In this document: in pieces, positions 30,295 through 39,983 of the stretch
Layout of the letters: every line of letters begins with the position of its first letter
How positions within the stretch are numbered: position 1 is the stretch's first letter
Notes under the pieces: model-generated
Databases searched by the model: none
What the model saw: only the letters and a program-made list of their open reading frames with translations
What the model was told of the DNA's origin: nothing
Virus record (IMG/VR): IMGVR_UViG_3300032138_000002
Coordinates: 95,484 to 159,483 of that record
Length of the DNA: 64,000 bases
Reading direction: 5' to 3' (one strand)
Origin: a virus
Lineage: Duplodnaviria > Caudoviricetes
Position numbers and translations under genes: made by a program

Positions 30295-31176
30295 TTATTC
30301 CCACTCCGTTTGAAGGGCTATAGCACTGTCCCATAACTCATTTTTTATTAGAAACCATTTCATCAGCAAAATACCATTGACAGCCAAATAATAAGGATAC
30401 TTATGTAAATTTTTACTGCGTTCCTCCGGAGGTTTTGTTTTTTCGTTGCTCCGAAAATCATTCATTTTAGATTCGGGCCAGCCTGATGTCACTGTCTCCC
30501 TATATTCACTTCTCAATTGCAAATAGTCTAACAACACTTTTTCATAAAGGCTGCAAAAAATATCCATGTTTTTGGAATTAGAATAGAACCACATATCCGC
30601 GGGCCCTTCATTGAAAAGATCCCAATCAGCTTGATATAAATAATTCATATCCAACGTCGGGTCAAAGTTGATACATTGACACGGAAAAGGATTTTGTTTT
30701 CCTGGGCCGCTCGTGGCGCGATTGATGCGACCTAAGTCGAAGCGTGCCTTAATAACACAGTCATATTTAAACCCTTGTTCTTTTTCATATTCTCGCTTAA
30801 GAACAAGCGACTGAGAAAGAGAATAATATTGACTTAACAACCTCTCTGGGCCCACGTACCCAGTACCAGAAGTCGACGTCATTGTCCAATTTCCCAAAAA
30901 ATTATAGGGATCGATATCTTCTCGACTTACCTCGTGTTCTTGAGCAATGGGTACAAAGTCAATTTGGGGCTCTATAATGTGTTTTCTAGGCTTATATAAA
31001 TCAACTAGTTTCTCCTCTAGATGGGGCTCCCAATTGTGAAAGAACACATCAATTTCGCAATCCTCCGAGCCATGGCTAAGAATATGTTTCTTAATATATT
31101 CAAACCCATCCATGCCCCGGGAGGAACTATCTTTCAGGGAATCGAAATAACCCGATAAACAGAGAGCGATTTTCAT
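30295..31176 (-). CDS. Putative glycosyltransferase-like protein
   Basis: MKIALCLSG...DVFFHNW...YDCVIKARFDL...DMWFY; directly upstream of the nucleotidyltransferase-RibB gene. Confidence 0.55.
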   Translation of the reverse strand: MKIALCLSGYFDSLKDSSSRGMDGFEYIKKHILSHGSEDCEIDVFFHNWEPHLEEKLVDLYKPRKHIIEPQIDFVPIAQEHEVSREDIDPYNFLGNWTMTSTSGTGYVGPERLLSQYYSLSQSLVLKREYEKEQGFKYDCVIKARFDLGRINRATSGPGKQNPFPCQCINFDPTLDMNYLYQADWDLFNEGPADMWFYSNSKNMDIFCSLYEKVLLDYLQLRSEYRETVTSGWPESKMNDFRSNEKTKPPEERSKNLHKYPYYLAVNGILLMKWFLIKNELWDSAIALQTEWE

Positions 31177-31202
31177 TGGTAAATGCCTTTTAGATAATAA
31201 TC

Positions 31203-31230
31203 ATTATACCACAATTTGATTTTTTTTAAA
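31203..31230 (-). promoter_or_regulatory. Extended -10 sigma70-type promoter (TGgTATAAT) for the 31176-21801 sub-operon
   Basis: Minus strand TGGTATAAT at 31211-31203, in the only sizeable intergenic gap of the cluster; weak -35 (TTTAAA). Confidence 0.6.
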
Positions 31231-31242
31231 TACATTAATATT

Positions 31243-32253
31243 TTAAGTTTCATCTCGATCTATAGTGGTATCGGCGGGGGGTTTGACGGCCCGCACATAA
31301 TAGGCAGGTCGGGTAGTAAATAAATCCGTTCCCATAGTTACGGTAATATCTTTAAAGCCGGCAATATAAAAATCTCTCAACAAATAGCGTGGATCTTCCA
31401 CTCGGCAATTCATAGGAGCCTGTCCGTATTCTTTTTGCTGGCGCAAGCCCCATGTGCCCGTATAGCCGTTGCTTATTTCCATATCTATAAAATGGTGGGA
31501 CACGATCCCCCCTGGCTTTAACACACGAAAGCTTTCTTCGATCAAAGACATCCGATTATAATAATCGGGAATGTGAATAAAGACTGCGGAAGACATGACA
31601 AAATCGTATTCTTCGGACAGTGCCGGTTTTAAGTCCCAGCCACTGGTTTCAAAGCTTTGTGATTTGCCGGCGCCATGGATATCTTCGGCATATTTTTTAC
31701 TATATATAATATTTTGTTCAGAGATGTCGCAGCCATCCACTCTTTCAAACTCAGCTATATCGAGCAAATTTTTAAGATTACGTCCGCAGCCACAGCCAAC
31801 ATCTAAAGCTTTTTTTCCCTTCCAACTGGGCGCATCAGAATATACATCCCCCAATAACACCGTCCAATATTCTCTATCCTCATCCCGTTCCTTGTGATTT
31901 CCGACTGTCATTCCAGTGTGCTCGGCCTCAAAAAAACCTTTTTGGTAGGCGGTGTAGGTTTCTATATTGGGGGCGCCGGTTGTTTCTATCCAATCGAGGG
32001 CGAAGTATTCACCCACCGTTACCCCCTCGTCGACCAAATCTTGGCGGAAGACATCTAAACTGCTTTGATAAGAAGCACCAAACACCTCGCTGAATATCCA
32101 TATAACGCCGGGGCGGAGGGATAATCTCTGGGAGCGCATTTCCATGCGGATGTCTTTGTAATTTGTATATATTGTAGTATCCGGCTTCCCAAAGTTTTTT
32201 TCATCATTGCAATAGATTTCATAACCCTTCATTACGTCTGGAAGATGGTTCAT
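31243..32253 (-). CDS. Class I SAM-dependent methyltransferase
   Basis: ALDVGCGCGRN, GCDIS, YDFVMS, RVLKPGG. Confidence 0.85.
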   Translation of the reverse strand: MNHLPDVMKGYEIYCNDEKNFGKPDTTIYTNYKDIRMEMRSQRLSLRPGVIWIFSEVFGASYQSSLDVFRQDLVDEGVTVGEYFALDWIETTGAPNIETYTAYQKGFFEAEHTGMTVGNHKERDEDREYWTVLLGDVYSDAPSWKGKKALDVGCGCGRNLKNLLDIAEFERVDGCDISEQNIIYSKKYAEDIHGAGKSQSFETSGWDLKPALSEEYDFVMSSAVFIHIPDYYNRMSLIEESFRVLKPGGIVSHHFIDMEISNGYTGTWGLRQQKEYGQAPMNCRVEDPRYLLRDFYIAGFKDITVTMGTDLFTTRPAYYVRAVKPPADTTIDRDET

Positions 32254-32873
32254 TATCTCACCTTTTTCCTGGTTAAAAACAAGTCGAACTCTCTTAAATC
32301 TCGATAGGGTGGATCCTCGGGAAGATCGTCCACAGTTTCAGGATAATTTTGCATTAACATAAGGCCTCGGGCTGCTTGTTCCGGAGTCATATACATATTC
32401 CAGCCTTCTTCTTCAATCATATCCTCATGATAGGGGACTTCTGATCTTCCTTCATATCTGGCTTTGCGAAAATATTCTACGGCTTTTATGTCGTCAGTCA
32501 AGATCATTCCTCCTTTGCCAATTTTAAGATGTTTTTTAATATGAAAAGATAAACACATGTGAGTACCCGGGATATACATGCCTGAAGTAAATCTCTTTGC
32601 CGCATCATAAATTGGGAAAGGTTTAAGTTGATAAATCCCCTTCCATTTTATATCTTCTAGCTGAAGGTTGCCTCCGGCCTGTATAATAGATTGCGGTGGC
32701 GAAAGATAAGTGCGACTAGGAATAGTTACGGTCTGGTTTTTTACACCCGCGTATTTACAAGCTAGAAAAAGTGCGTTGGTACAATTATTGACCGATACGG
32801 CATAGGGCGCGCCTGCATAGTGTGCCACCTCTTCCTCAAACATTTTAACTATTTTATAAGGATTGTGCAGCAT
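32253..32873 (-). CDS. DegT/DnrJ/EryC1/StrS aminotransferase (short form, 206 aa)
   Basis: FEEEVA..YAVSVNNCTNAL, YDAA, SFHIKKHL, GKGGMILTDD. Confidence 0.8.
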   Translation of the reverse strand: MLHNPYKIVKMFEEEVAHYAGAPYAVSVNNCTNALFLACKYAGVKNQTVTIPSRTYLSPPQSIIQAGGNLQLEDIKWKGIYQLKPFPIYDAAKRFTSGMYIPGTHMCLSFHIKKHLKIGKGGMILTDDIKAVEYFRKARYEGRSEVPYHEDMIEEEGWNMYMTPEQAARGLMLMQNYPETVDDLPEDPPYRDLREFDLFLTRKKVR

Positions 32874-33712
32874 TATGTCAAATATTTATAGCGCGCCTGA
32901 AAGACAAAATTAGTATATTTTATCAGATCTTCTGTTTCATATTTTTTGGCAAATTTGCAAAAGGTTTGGATACTATCAATAGCGCTATATTCGCCGTTTA
33001 CTTCAGCAAAGACTGGAAGAATAAAAAAATACGTCGAGAGTTTATCCAACAGCTTTAATTTTTCTTCATCATTGTTTGTTTGAGGATCCGGGTGTCCATG
33101 CAACTCCATTGCCATGGTATTTATTTTATTATAATATTTGAAAGTTTCAAATATTTCATATTCGCTCCCCTCTGCATCTATCTTAAGATAATCGATATGG
33201 GGAAGAGGTATTCTTTCTATAATGTCATTTAGTGATATTGTATCACATGTTTGACCCACAGGGGCATATTGCGGATCCGACAAGAAACCCGCACTACAGA
33301 CGACATCACCCGACATTCCACTTTCATGGGCGTAAAGCTTAACAATTCGGTCACTCTCAGAACTCACAGCTTGATGAAAAATATATACATTGTCGTGACC
33401 CATCTGTTCCATAAGATGCGTTGCAACCTGGTAATTCTCAAGACACGGCTCAAAGCCGTATACATGTTCATAACGGGTGGCAGCGCGTGCCAAGAAAGTT
33501 CCTACATTAGAACCAATATCAACGCATATGCCCGTTAATTTTCCGTCGGATGGGGGGAGCGGATAAGACGATCTTGTTTCCTTCTCCATTTCTTGGATCC
33601 AGGCATTGATTTTCTCTTTCGTTGATAAATTTTTAAAAATAAATTCTTGTGATTTGACAGATGTCATGATTATTCCTTCTCCAAAATATAATACTTTTCC
33701 GTGAAGCCGCAC
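32873..33712 (-). CDS. FkbM-family methyltransferase
   Basis: VDIGSNVG, GFEP, YLKIDAEGSEYEI, ELH. Likely start about 33667. Confidence 0.85.
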   Translation of the reverse strand: MRLHGKVLYFGEGIIMTSVKSQEFIFKNLSTKEKINAWIQEMEKETRSSYPLPPSDGKLTGICVDIGSNVGTFLARAATRYEHVYGFEPCLENYQVATHLMEQMGHDNVYIFHQAVSSESDRIVKLYAHESGMSGDVVCSAGFLSDPQYAPVGQTCDTISLNDIIERIPLPHIDYLKIDAEGSEYEIFETFKYYNKINTMAMELHGHPDPQTNNDEEKLKLLDKLSTYFFILPVFAEVNGEYSAIDSIQTFCKFAKKYETEDLIKYTNFVFQARYKYLT

Positions 33713-34062
33713 TTTTTAAACATCCAATAGCTTTCCGCATTTGCAATTTTTACTTTGGCTTGTGCGTTGGGGTGGCGTTTCATTAATTCGTTAATCATGA
33801 ATTTTCCCACTCCCTTTCCTTGGTGTCCCGGTTCCACCGCAATCCGAATATCTCCGTCTATTTGACCCACGAAGCCTATAGGGCTTTTATTTTCCAAACA
33901 AATATAATATCCATGACCATACTTAAACATAAATTTAAAATGCTCAAAGCGTCCAATGTGGCGTTGATCTATAAAGCCGTTCTTCACCTCCTTTTCGTTA
34001 CGGAGGGCTCGAATATACTCCCAATATTTAAGTTCATTGTTTACCAACTTCATCAGTTGCAA
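33670..34062 (-). CDS. GNAT-family acetyltransferase (PseH-like)
   Basis: IRALRN, HQGKGVGK acetyl-CoA motif, N..S...F.KCGF. Confidence 0.75.
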   Translation of the reverse strand: MQLMKLVNNELKYWEYIRALRNEKEVKNGFIDQRHIGRFEHFKFMFKYGHGYYICLENKSPIGFVGQIDGDIRIAVEPGHQGKGVGKFMINELMKRHPNAQAKVKIANAESYWMFKKCGFTEKYYILEKE

Positions 34063-34841
34063 TCCTTAAATAAATCGGGGTGGCCAGTGCGATTCCAATA
34101 AGCTCGGAGGTAGTCTCGTTCTATACCCAAATTCAGATGCCAATGAAGAGTGGTGCCAATATCGATATATGTGTTATTACTATTAAATTCAAATAAACGA
34201 TGAATAAGAATTTCGCTGAGACTGCTGGCTGAAAATAAAAAGATGTGATTTTCAATATTGTTTTCTTCGGCCCACCCTTTCATCTCGTCAATTAAATGGT
34301 GATCATTAACAATACAGTTTCGACCTACTCGAAAATCTTTCACTACCTCAAAAGGAAGTTTTTCAAAAGACGCATCTTTGCTACAAACAACCACTATTTT
34401 TTTGTTCGTGAACTCAGGGACCATTTGGTTCAAGAAAAGCGAATAATTGGAATTTACCAACAAATTCGGACTTGTCCAATGTTCTTCATCATCAGGTCGA
34501 AGTTCTCGCAACATAGGAATGTCTTGCTGAATTAAGCACGTGCAATTTCCGCAACCTGCGCCAACAAAATAGTTTTTCTTAGAAAATTGAAAGGAATCTA
34601 CCAGTGCTTCCCGGACAAAGCCGTGTTTTTGAGGTAAAAACTCTTTATGATCGTCTTCGGAGTAACCAAATGTGTGTAGCTTGGTGCCCACAAGTACGTG
34701 ATCACTAGCCAGTACTAACTTTTCATTTCGCATGATGCAAGTCTCACCATCAGAAAACCTAGTAAAAGCAAAATGTTCTCCTCTTTTTAATTTATTGAGG
34801 AGAAGAAAAAAATCTTCTTTAAAACCTTTACTCATTCTCAA
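34053..34841 (-). CDS. GT-D fold (DUF1792-like) glycosyltransferase
   Basis: FAFTRFSDGE, YIDIGT. Confidence 0.6.
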   Translation of the reverse strand: MRMSKGFKEDFFLLLNKLKRGEHFAFTRFSDGETCIMRNEKLVLASDHVLVGTKLHTFGYSEDDHKEFLPQKHGFVREALVDSFQFSKKNYFVGAGCGNCTCLIQQDIPMLRELRPDDEEHWTSPNLLVNSNYSLFLNQMVPEFTNKKIVVVCSKDASFEKLPFEVVKDFRVGRNCIVNDHHLIDEMKGWAEENNIENHIFLFSASSLSEILIHRLFEFNSNNTYIDIGTTLHWHLNLGIERDYLRAYWNRTGHPDLFKDCN

Positions 34842-35847
34842 ACATGTTTAGTATTCTAGTAATTGCCGTGGCGCTATGTCCGGTGCCGTATGGACACGAT
34901 ATCCCTTCATTAACTCTGAAGTCATTTGCGGCCTCATTTACTATAGCATATAAATCTACAGGATTATAGCATAAAACAGAAAATTCACCTAGGCCTGCTG
35001 TTCTTTCTGTTTTTTTGCGGCAGACGACGCTTCGTTTGCGGAGAAACGAGGATTCTTCTTGAAGGCCTCCTGAATCCGTGATGAGAAATCGGCACCGGGC
35101 CACTTCTTCAATAAACTGATTATAGGGGAGCGGTGGAAGCACCGTAACATGTTTAAGATTAGCAACGTGCTTTTGCACATTAGGGTTAGGATGTGCATAA
35201 TAGACAAATTCTAATTCGTCAAAAGCTTTTGCCACGCGGTCGAATTGCTCGAACCACTCTGGGATAATCTCATGGTTTTCTCGTCGATGCATAGTGATAA
35301 GAACTTTGTTACTATACTCGATCTCCAAATATTTCTTACGTAGATTATCGAGAACAGTGTTACCTACAACATAAACCGATCCTTGGGTGTTTTCTTTTTT
35401 TAAGTTGGCCGCATCTTGGTTGGTGGGGCACAAGTGGATTGAAGCCAACCGGGAGATGGCCTGGCGATTAAATTCTTCAGGATAAGGATTGGAATTATCG
35501 TGTGTCCGGAGGCCCGCTTCTAAGTGAATAACTGGAATTTGTCTATGAAATGCCGCTAAAGAGGCTGCAAACGCCGAAGTAGTGTCTCCTTGGACCAGCA
35601 CGTAATCGTAATTTTCGTTCCAGAGATCCTTTGTGTTCATGATAGACTGTACAATGCTATCTAACCGGTTATCTCCATCTATAATAGTGGCAACATAGTC
35701 GACTTTACTAGTAGCTCCGTCCGGAAGTAAATCCATATGTTGTCCCGTAAAAAATACTTTAAAATCGATGCCGGTATCGTCAAATTCTTCTATAAGCGGG
35801 AGTATTTTAATATATTCCGGTCGTGTTCCATAACATAATAAGATCAT
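34828..35847 (-). CDS. wecB: UDP-N-acetylglucosamine 2-epimerase (non-hydrolysing)
   Basis: GTRPEYIK, TGQH, VQGDT, HLEAGLR, PEEFNR, HRREN, TDSGGLQEE. Confidence 0.92.
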   Translation of the reverse strand: MILLCYGTRPEYIKILPLIEEFDDTGIDFKVFFTGQHMDLLPDGATSKVDYVATIIDGDNRLDSIVQSIMNTKDLWNENYDYVLVQGDTTSAFAASLAAFHRQIPVIHLEAGLRTHDNSNPYPEEFNRQAISRLASIHLCPTNQDAANLKKENTQGSVYVVGNTVLDNLRKKYLEIEYSNKVLITMHRRENHEIIPEWFEQFDRVAKAFDELEFVYYAHPNPNVQKHVANLKHVTVLPPLPYNQFIEEVARCRFLITDSGGLQEESSFLRKRSVVCRKKTERTAGLGEFSVLCYNPVDLYAIVNEAANDFRVNEGISCPYGTGHSATAITRILNMFENE

Positions 35848-37454
35848 AATTTTATACCTCTAACTGTTTTCCAACCGTTCTGAAGTGCATTTTGCACTAC
35901 GCCGTCTCTTTCCGAGAAGAATTGTTGGTGTGATGTTTCGTTATTGTTCGAAGTGGCCTTACTGTCGATGCCTAGCTCGTTTCCAAGCACCGATCCGTGA
36001 AGAGAATTATCTTCCGGGGGATGGGGCGGGCAATAAGTTTTAATGCCACCTTTTTTTTGAGCTAAAAAAGAGAACTGAATATCTTCCCCATTATCCCATG
36101 TAGTGGGCATCTCACTCCATAGGTGGCTTAACCATTCTCTTTTAAAAAACCACGCATGGCCAACTAAATCAACCTCAGTGGTTTCCTCGTTTTGAATTGG
36201 CCAGCCGCAGCGGTCGTGTTGGACATAATAAGGGCTTTTAAGTATTACGCCGGCTGAGCCCAGAATTCCTTCGTGAGTTTCCATAGTTTCCAAACAGTTT
36301 TTAAACCACTGTGTGCCCGGGACAGTATCATCATCAAAAATAGCGATATATTCAGTATCGGCCAGAAGTGCGGCGGCAAATCGGCCATAAAATTTCCAAT
36401 TAAAGTCGTTATCAATGATTCTATCAACGTTTAGCGTGTCCCTGTCATAATGTTGGTTATCCTCATGGGCGTTAATCCACACCCAAGTTTGTTTAGGTTG
36501 AATTGTTTGTTTTTTGATGGCGCCCACCTGTAATGGAATGTTTTCAGGGCGTCTATACATATTAAGTATCACGGTGATGTCCGCTTGGGAAGCTTTTGTT
36601 TTTACGACCTCATCGATGGTATTTAGAAAAAGTTTCTCCGCTCTTTCTTGATTTTCTTGCACTGCGGCGAGAAGAGGAGCACCCTTCAGTTTGAACCATG
36701 GCTCATGGGCCGCGCTAATATTCTTATTGCATGTTAACTCACAATCTAAGATGCGGGCCTCCACAGCTAAGCGACTAAAAGTTTCAAATACTTGTGGAAA
36801 GAAAACTAAACCGGAATACCGGGCCAACTTTTTGATAAAGGAGGAATAATCCGGATCTGTAACTAAATCAAAAGCTAGATTATGTTTATGACAATGAGCT
36901 TCCGCTTGGAATTGGCCTTTGACCAAATTATGAGTTTTTAAAACGGCTTTTTTCCCGTTTTTTTCACTCTTGATATTATTTCTCAAGATATCAATGTGCT
37001 CTTCGGACCAGAACGTGCTCCCGAAGGTTATGATATTGCCGAGTTTGAGATTATTCTTTACAATTTCCCCATGCTTGGTGCTCTGGCAGAAAACCTTTTG
37101 AGCTTTTTTATAAAAATCGCGGTTAACGATCTCTTCTTTGGGAGCAAGAAAGTTTGTATATGGAGAAGGGTCTCGTGAGCGTAAATATTTGTGATCATGT
37201 TCAACAATAAAATATGTCGTGGACCCCAAAAGGGATCGCACGTGGGGATCTAAGCCTACAAAATTAGAAACGATAAAGATATACTCATCGGCCATACTTT
37301 TAATAAACAGGTCACTGGTGCCTCTAGATGGAGAAAAGACCACCGTGTGGCCGGCATCTTGTAGCAGGGACATCAGGTGAGCATCCACAATCTCGGCGCC
37401 TCCCTGCACCTCGGCGACAGAAAAATCCGATATCCAAACTATCTTATGCATCAA
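35844..37454 (-). CDS. Two-domain glycosyltransferase (GT-B-like N-terminus plus GT-A-like C-terminus)
   Basis: GGAE, ETFSRLAVEA (GT4-like); AIFDDD, GEDIQFS (GT-A-like). Confidence 0.7.
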   Translation of the reverse strand: MMHKIVWISDFSVAEVQGGAEIVDAHLMSLLQDAGHTVVFSPSRGTSDLFIKSMADEYIFIVSNFVGLDPHVRSLLGSTTYFIVEHDHKYLRSRDPSPYTNFLAPKEEIVNRDFYKKAQKVFCQSTKHGEIVKNNLKLGNIITFGSTFWSEEHIDILRNNIKSEKNGKKAVLKTHNLVKGQFQAEAHCHKHNLAFDLVTDPDYSSFIKKLARYSGLVFFPQVFETFSRLAVEARILDCELTCNKNISAAHEPWFKLKGAPLLAAVQENQERAEKLFLNTIDEVVKTKASQADITVILNMYRRPENIPLQVGAIKKQTIQPKQTWVWINAHEDNQHYDRDTLNVDRIIDNDFNWKFYGRFAAALLADTEYIAIFDDDTVPGTQWFKNCLETMETHEGILGSAGVILKSPYYVQHDRCGWPIQNEETTEVDLVGHAWFFKREWLSHLWSEMPTTWDNGEDIQFSFLAQKKGGIKTYCPPHPPEDNSLHGSVLGNELGIDSKATSNNNETSHQQFFSERDGVVQNALQNGWKTVRGIKL

Positions 37455-38704
37455 TCAAATACCAACACTTCCTCATCTGTTGATTCTTCCGGTGAAGTGT
37501 CTAATTCTATTCCAAGTGCTTCAACAAATGTTTTGTATATCTTCTTTTCTTCCCAATTCCGAAGAATATACCCTTTCAGGCGTTTTGACATTTTTATTTT
37601 ATCTTTATAATTTTTGAAAATATCTCGCAATCCTCGCTTATAGGATTTCTTATCGGGGTAGCACCACTGGGAAGCGGCTTCTAAAACGCCGGGCCAAACA
37701 GCCTCGGGGTGGATGGGGGCCACCTCGTGTTCTACTACCGTATAGTGTTCGATGACTTTGCCTTTAACGGGCGCCGATAAAAAGTCTATATGACCTGACC
37801 AGCCGGGTGCAATAATGGGCAGCCCGTTGTACGCAGCCTCAAAAAGGGGCAAGCCAAAACCTTCTCCGTGGGTCAAAGACACCATTGCCTTTATTTGGTC
37901 ATGAATATAAAGACCTGTAAGTTCTTCATCAGTCATATCGCCATGGAGGAGATAAACACTACATGTCCGTTCACCTAGAGATGTTAAGAGATTATCGAGT
38001 TTCCGTGTGGTAAAATCATGATCCATTGTAGAATTTTTAGCCGTATTGGTTTTTATTACCAGTCCAACTTCATCATCTCTGAATTCTTCTACAAACCACG
38101 AAATTGTATTCTCCAAATTCTTTCGGGGGCACCATTGGGCGACTATCAAAAAATTAAAGTCGTGCTTCAATTCTAAATCGACCTTCTTTGGTTTGATTTT
38201 TTTTACAGGGTAATTTACTGCCTCGATATGAGGTTGTGCCATCAAAAGTCCTTTATCCTGGCCAGTCTGCGTATCAGTAATATTATATGAAGAATTCAGT
38301 ATACTTTTTTTCGTGTGTTCCGAGGTGGTAATGATCCGATTCATTTGATTAATCTTTTGTAACCATTGGGCCGACACAATATTAGTTTCGGCGCCGGCTG
38401 TGTATCCCACATTATAGGGGGCGCCCCCCACTTCGAATTCGCCCGGAATGGTTACTTGTAAGGTCATATCGAAAGGTGCGCCTTGACCTTGCGTGTGATT
38501 AATGGTTTTTTGTACCAAAAAATCAATCCAGTTCTTTTCGGCTGTATCTTCGGACACATTGCCGGTGCTACCCCACGGAATATCGAGGGCATAAATATCA
38601 AAGATGTCTTCACGGGACCGGAGAGCCCTTAAAGCAAAACGGGCTTGTTCCCCGTAGCCCGATCGACTACGAAATGGGCCCTTTACAATTATTTTCTTTC
38701 TCAT
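37451..38704 (-). CDS. Glycosyltransferase family 4
   Basis: SRSGYGEQAR, RKN, GEGFGLPLFEAA, WSGHIDF. Confidence 0.85.
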   Translation of the reverse strand: MRKKIIVKGPFRSRSGYGEQARFALRALRSREDIFDIYALDIPWGSTGNVSEDTAEKNWIDFLVQKTINHTQGQGAPFDMTLQVTIPGEFEVGGAPYNVGYTAGAETNIVSAQWLQKINQMNRIITTSEHTKKSILNSSYNITDTQTGQDKGLLMAQPHIEAVNYPVKKIKPKKVDLELKHDFNFLIVAQWCPRKNLENTISWFVEEFRDDEVGLVIKTNTAKNSTMDHDFTTRKLDNLLTSLGERTCSVYLLHGDMTDEELTGLYIHDQIKAMVSLTHGEGFGLPLFEAAYNGLPIIAPGWSGHIDFLSAPVKGKVIEHYTVVEHEVAPIHPEAVWPGVLEAASQWCYPDKKSYKRGLRDIFKNYKDKIKMSKRLKGYILRNWEEKKIYKTFVEALGIELDTSPEESTDEEVLVFD

Positions 38705-39972
38705 TTCATCTCCTTACACGTCCAGGGTGAATATTTCTTTCGGTTTTCCCATGAGCCATGTTCTTCGTGAAGATTTTTAAGGATAATGTGCCAGCTTTTT
38801 TGAAATTTATCGAAATCATAATTGGTCTCTACATGCTTCCGACCTAGACGACCCATATGTTCCCTTTCTTCTTTAGGCATATTCATCATTTCTTTCAGTG
38901 CGTTAATAAAATCTTCTTTGCACACTCGATCTTCGTAAATCCAAGGGACGTCTTGCGATCCAATAATTGCTTTGGAAGCAGGCTCTAAACCAATGCCAAA
39001 CCAATGTTCTCCATCGGTTACTTGTTCTTGAAGACCACCCGTCATATTAACAATTACAGGGGTGCCGGCAGATAACGATTCAAGAGTGGCTAGCCCGAAC
39101 CCTTCAGCATCTGAGATATTGATTGTGCAATCAACCATACTGTACACCTGCCCTAAAACCTCCGGAGGATATTTATCTACAGATAGCATCACTGACATGT
39201 GCTCGGGGTCGGCTAGCCCCAACTCATTAATAATAGCATGTAAGTCTTGACCATGGGGATCTTTGGGATCCGTATGCATAATCAACATTGCCTTATCATA
39301 ACCCACCTCTTTCAAGAAATCGTTAAACCACCATAAAACAGAACCAGACATTTTTCTCTTAGCATTTCGATTATTCCAAAAGAATATGAATTTATCCTTC
39401 GCTGATGGTGGGAGAGCTTTGGTTCGATAATCGGCGCGTTCCTCGTCGCTGAGAGGTTTAAAGATCTCCGGGTGTACAGCATGAGGTAGATAAATACTAT
39501 CAACCTCTGGTGAGACTTGTTTAACTATGTCATCGGTAACTTTGGAGATACTGACCACTAAATCATTAGAATTATAGAAATTTCGGTTATATGTTGGTAA
39601 GGGATAATTATCCCAAACGTGATAATAAACCATTGGAACATTGGCTCGAACCTCGTTATCCATATCCCACAACCAGGGATAAAAGCGGGGATCGGTCATG
39701 AACCAGATAATATCAGGCTTCCATTCTGCCATAAATTGGCGGACGAGTTGTTGGTTTCCGTAACCATCTACCGGGTGGATTACCCAATCTTCACCGAAAC
39801 GTTCCGACATCGATGGGCTATAATCCTCATGTTTAATAGCTCCTCCCAAGGAACGTACTTGAAATTCTTCTGTCTCCAGGAGAGCTTCAATCATATACCG
39901 AGTTTGTGTCCCAACTCCGGATGGGGACATCGGGTGATCACTCAGAGTGAGCACTTTAATTTTTTTAGCCAC
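38701..39972 (-). CDS. Glycosyltransferase family 4
   Basis: SGVGTQ, NNRNAKRK, AEGFGLATLES, TGGLQEQ. Confidence 0.85.
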   Translation of the reverse strand: MAKKIKVLTLSDHPMSPSGVGTQTRYMIEALLETEEFQVRSLGGAIKHEDYSPSMSERFGEDWVIHPVDGYGNQQLVRQFMAEWKPDIIWFMTDPRFYPWLWDMDNEVRANVPMVYYHVWDNYPLPTYNRNFYNSNDLVVSISKVTDDIVKQVSPEVDSIYLPHAVHPEIFKPLSDEERADYRTKALPPSAKDKFIFFWNNRNAKRKMSGSVLWWFNDFLKEVGYDKAMLIMHTDPKDPHGQDLHAIINELGLADPEHMSVMLSVDKYPPEVLGQVYSMVDCTINISDAEGFGLATLESLSAGTPVIVNMTGGLQEQVTDGEHWFGIGLEPASKAIIGSQDVPWIYEDRVCKEDFINALKEMMNMPKEEREHMGRLGRKHVETNYDFDKFQKSWHIILKNLHEEHGSWENRKKYSPWTCKEMK

Positions 39973-39983
39973 ATTAACCTCTT

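Noticed and set aside
21801-39972. Glycan cluster as a bacterial capsule locus (host chromosome)
   Set aside because: It is coupled at its left end to the gene run leading to the phage sigma factor, has similar composition to the phage genes, and lacks export and polymerase genes.
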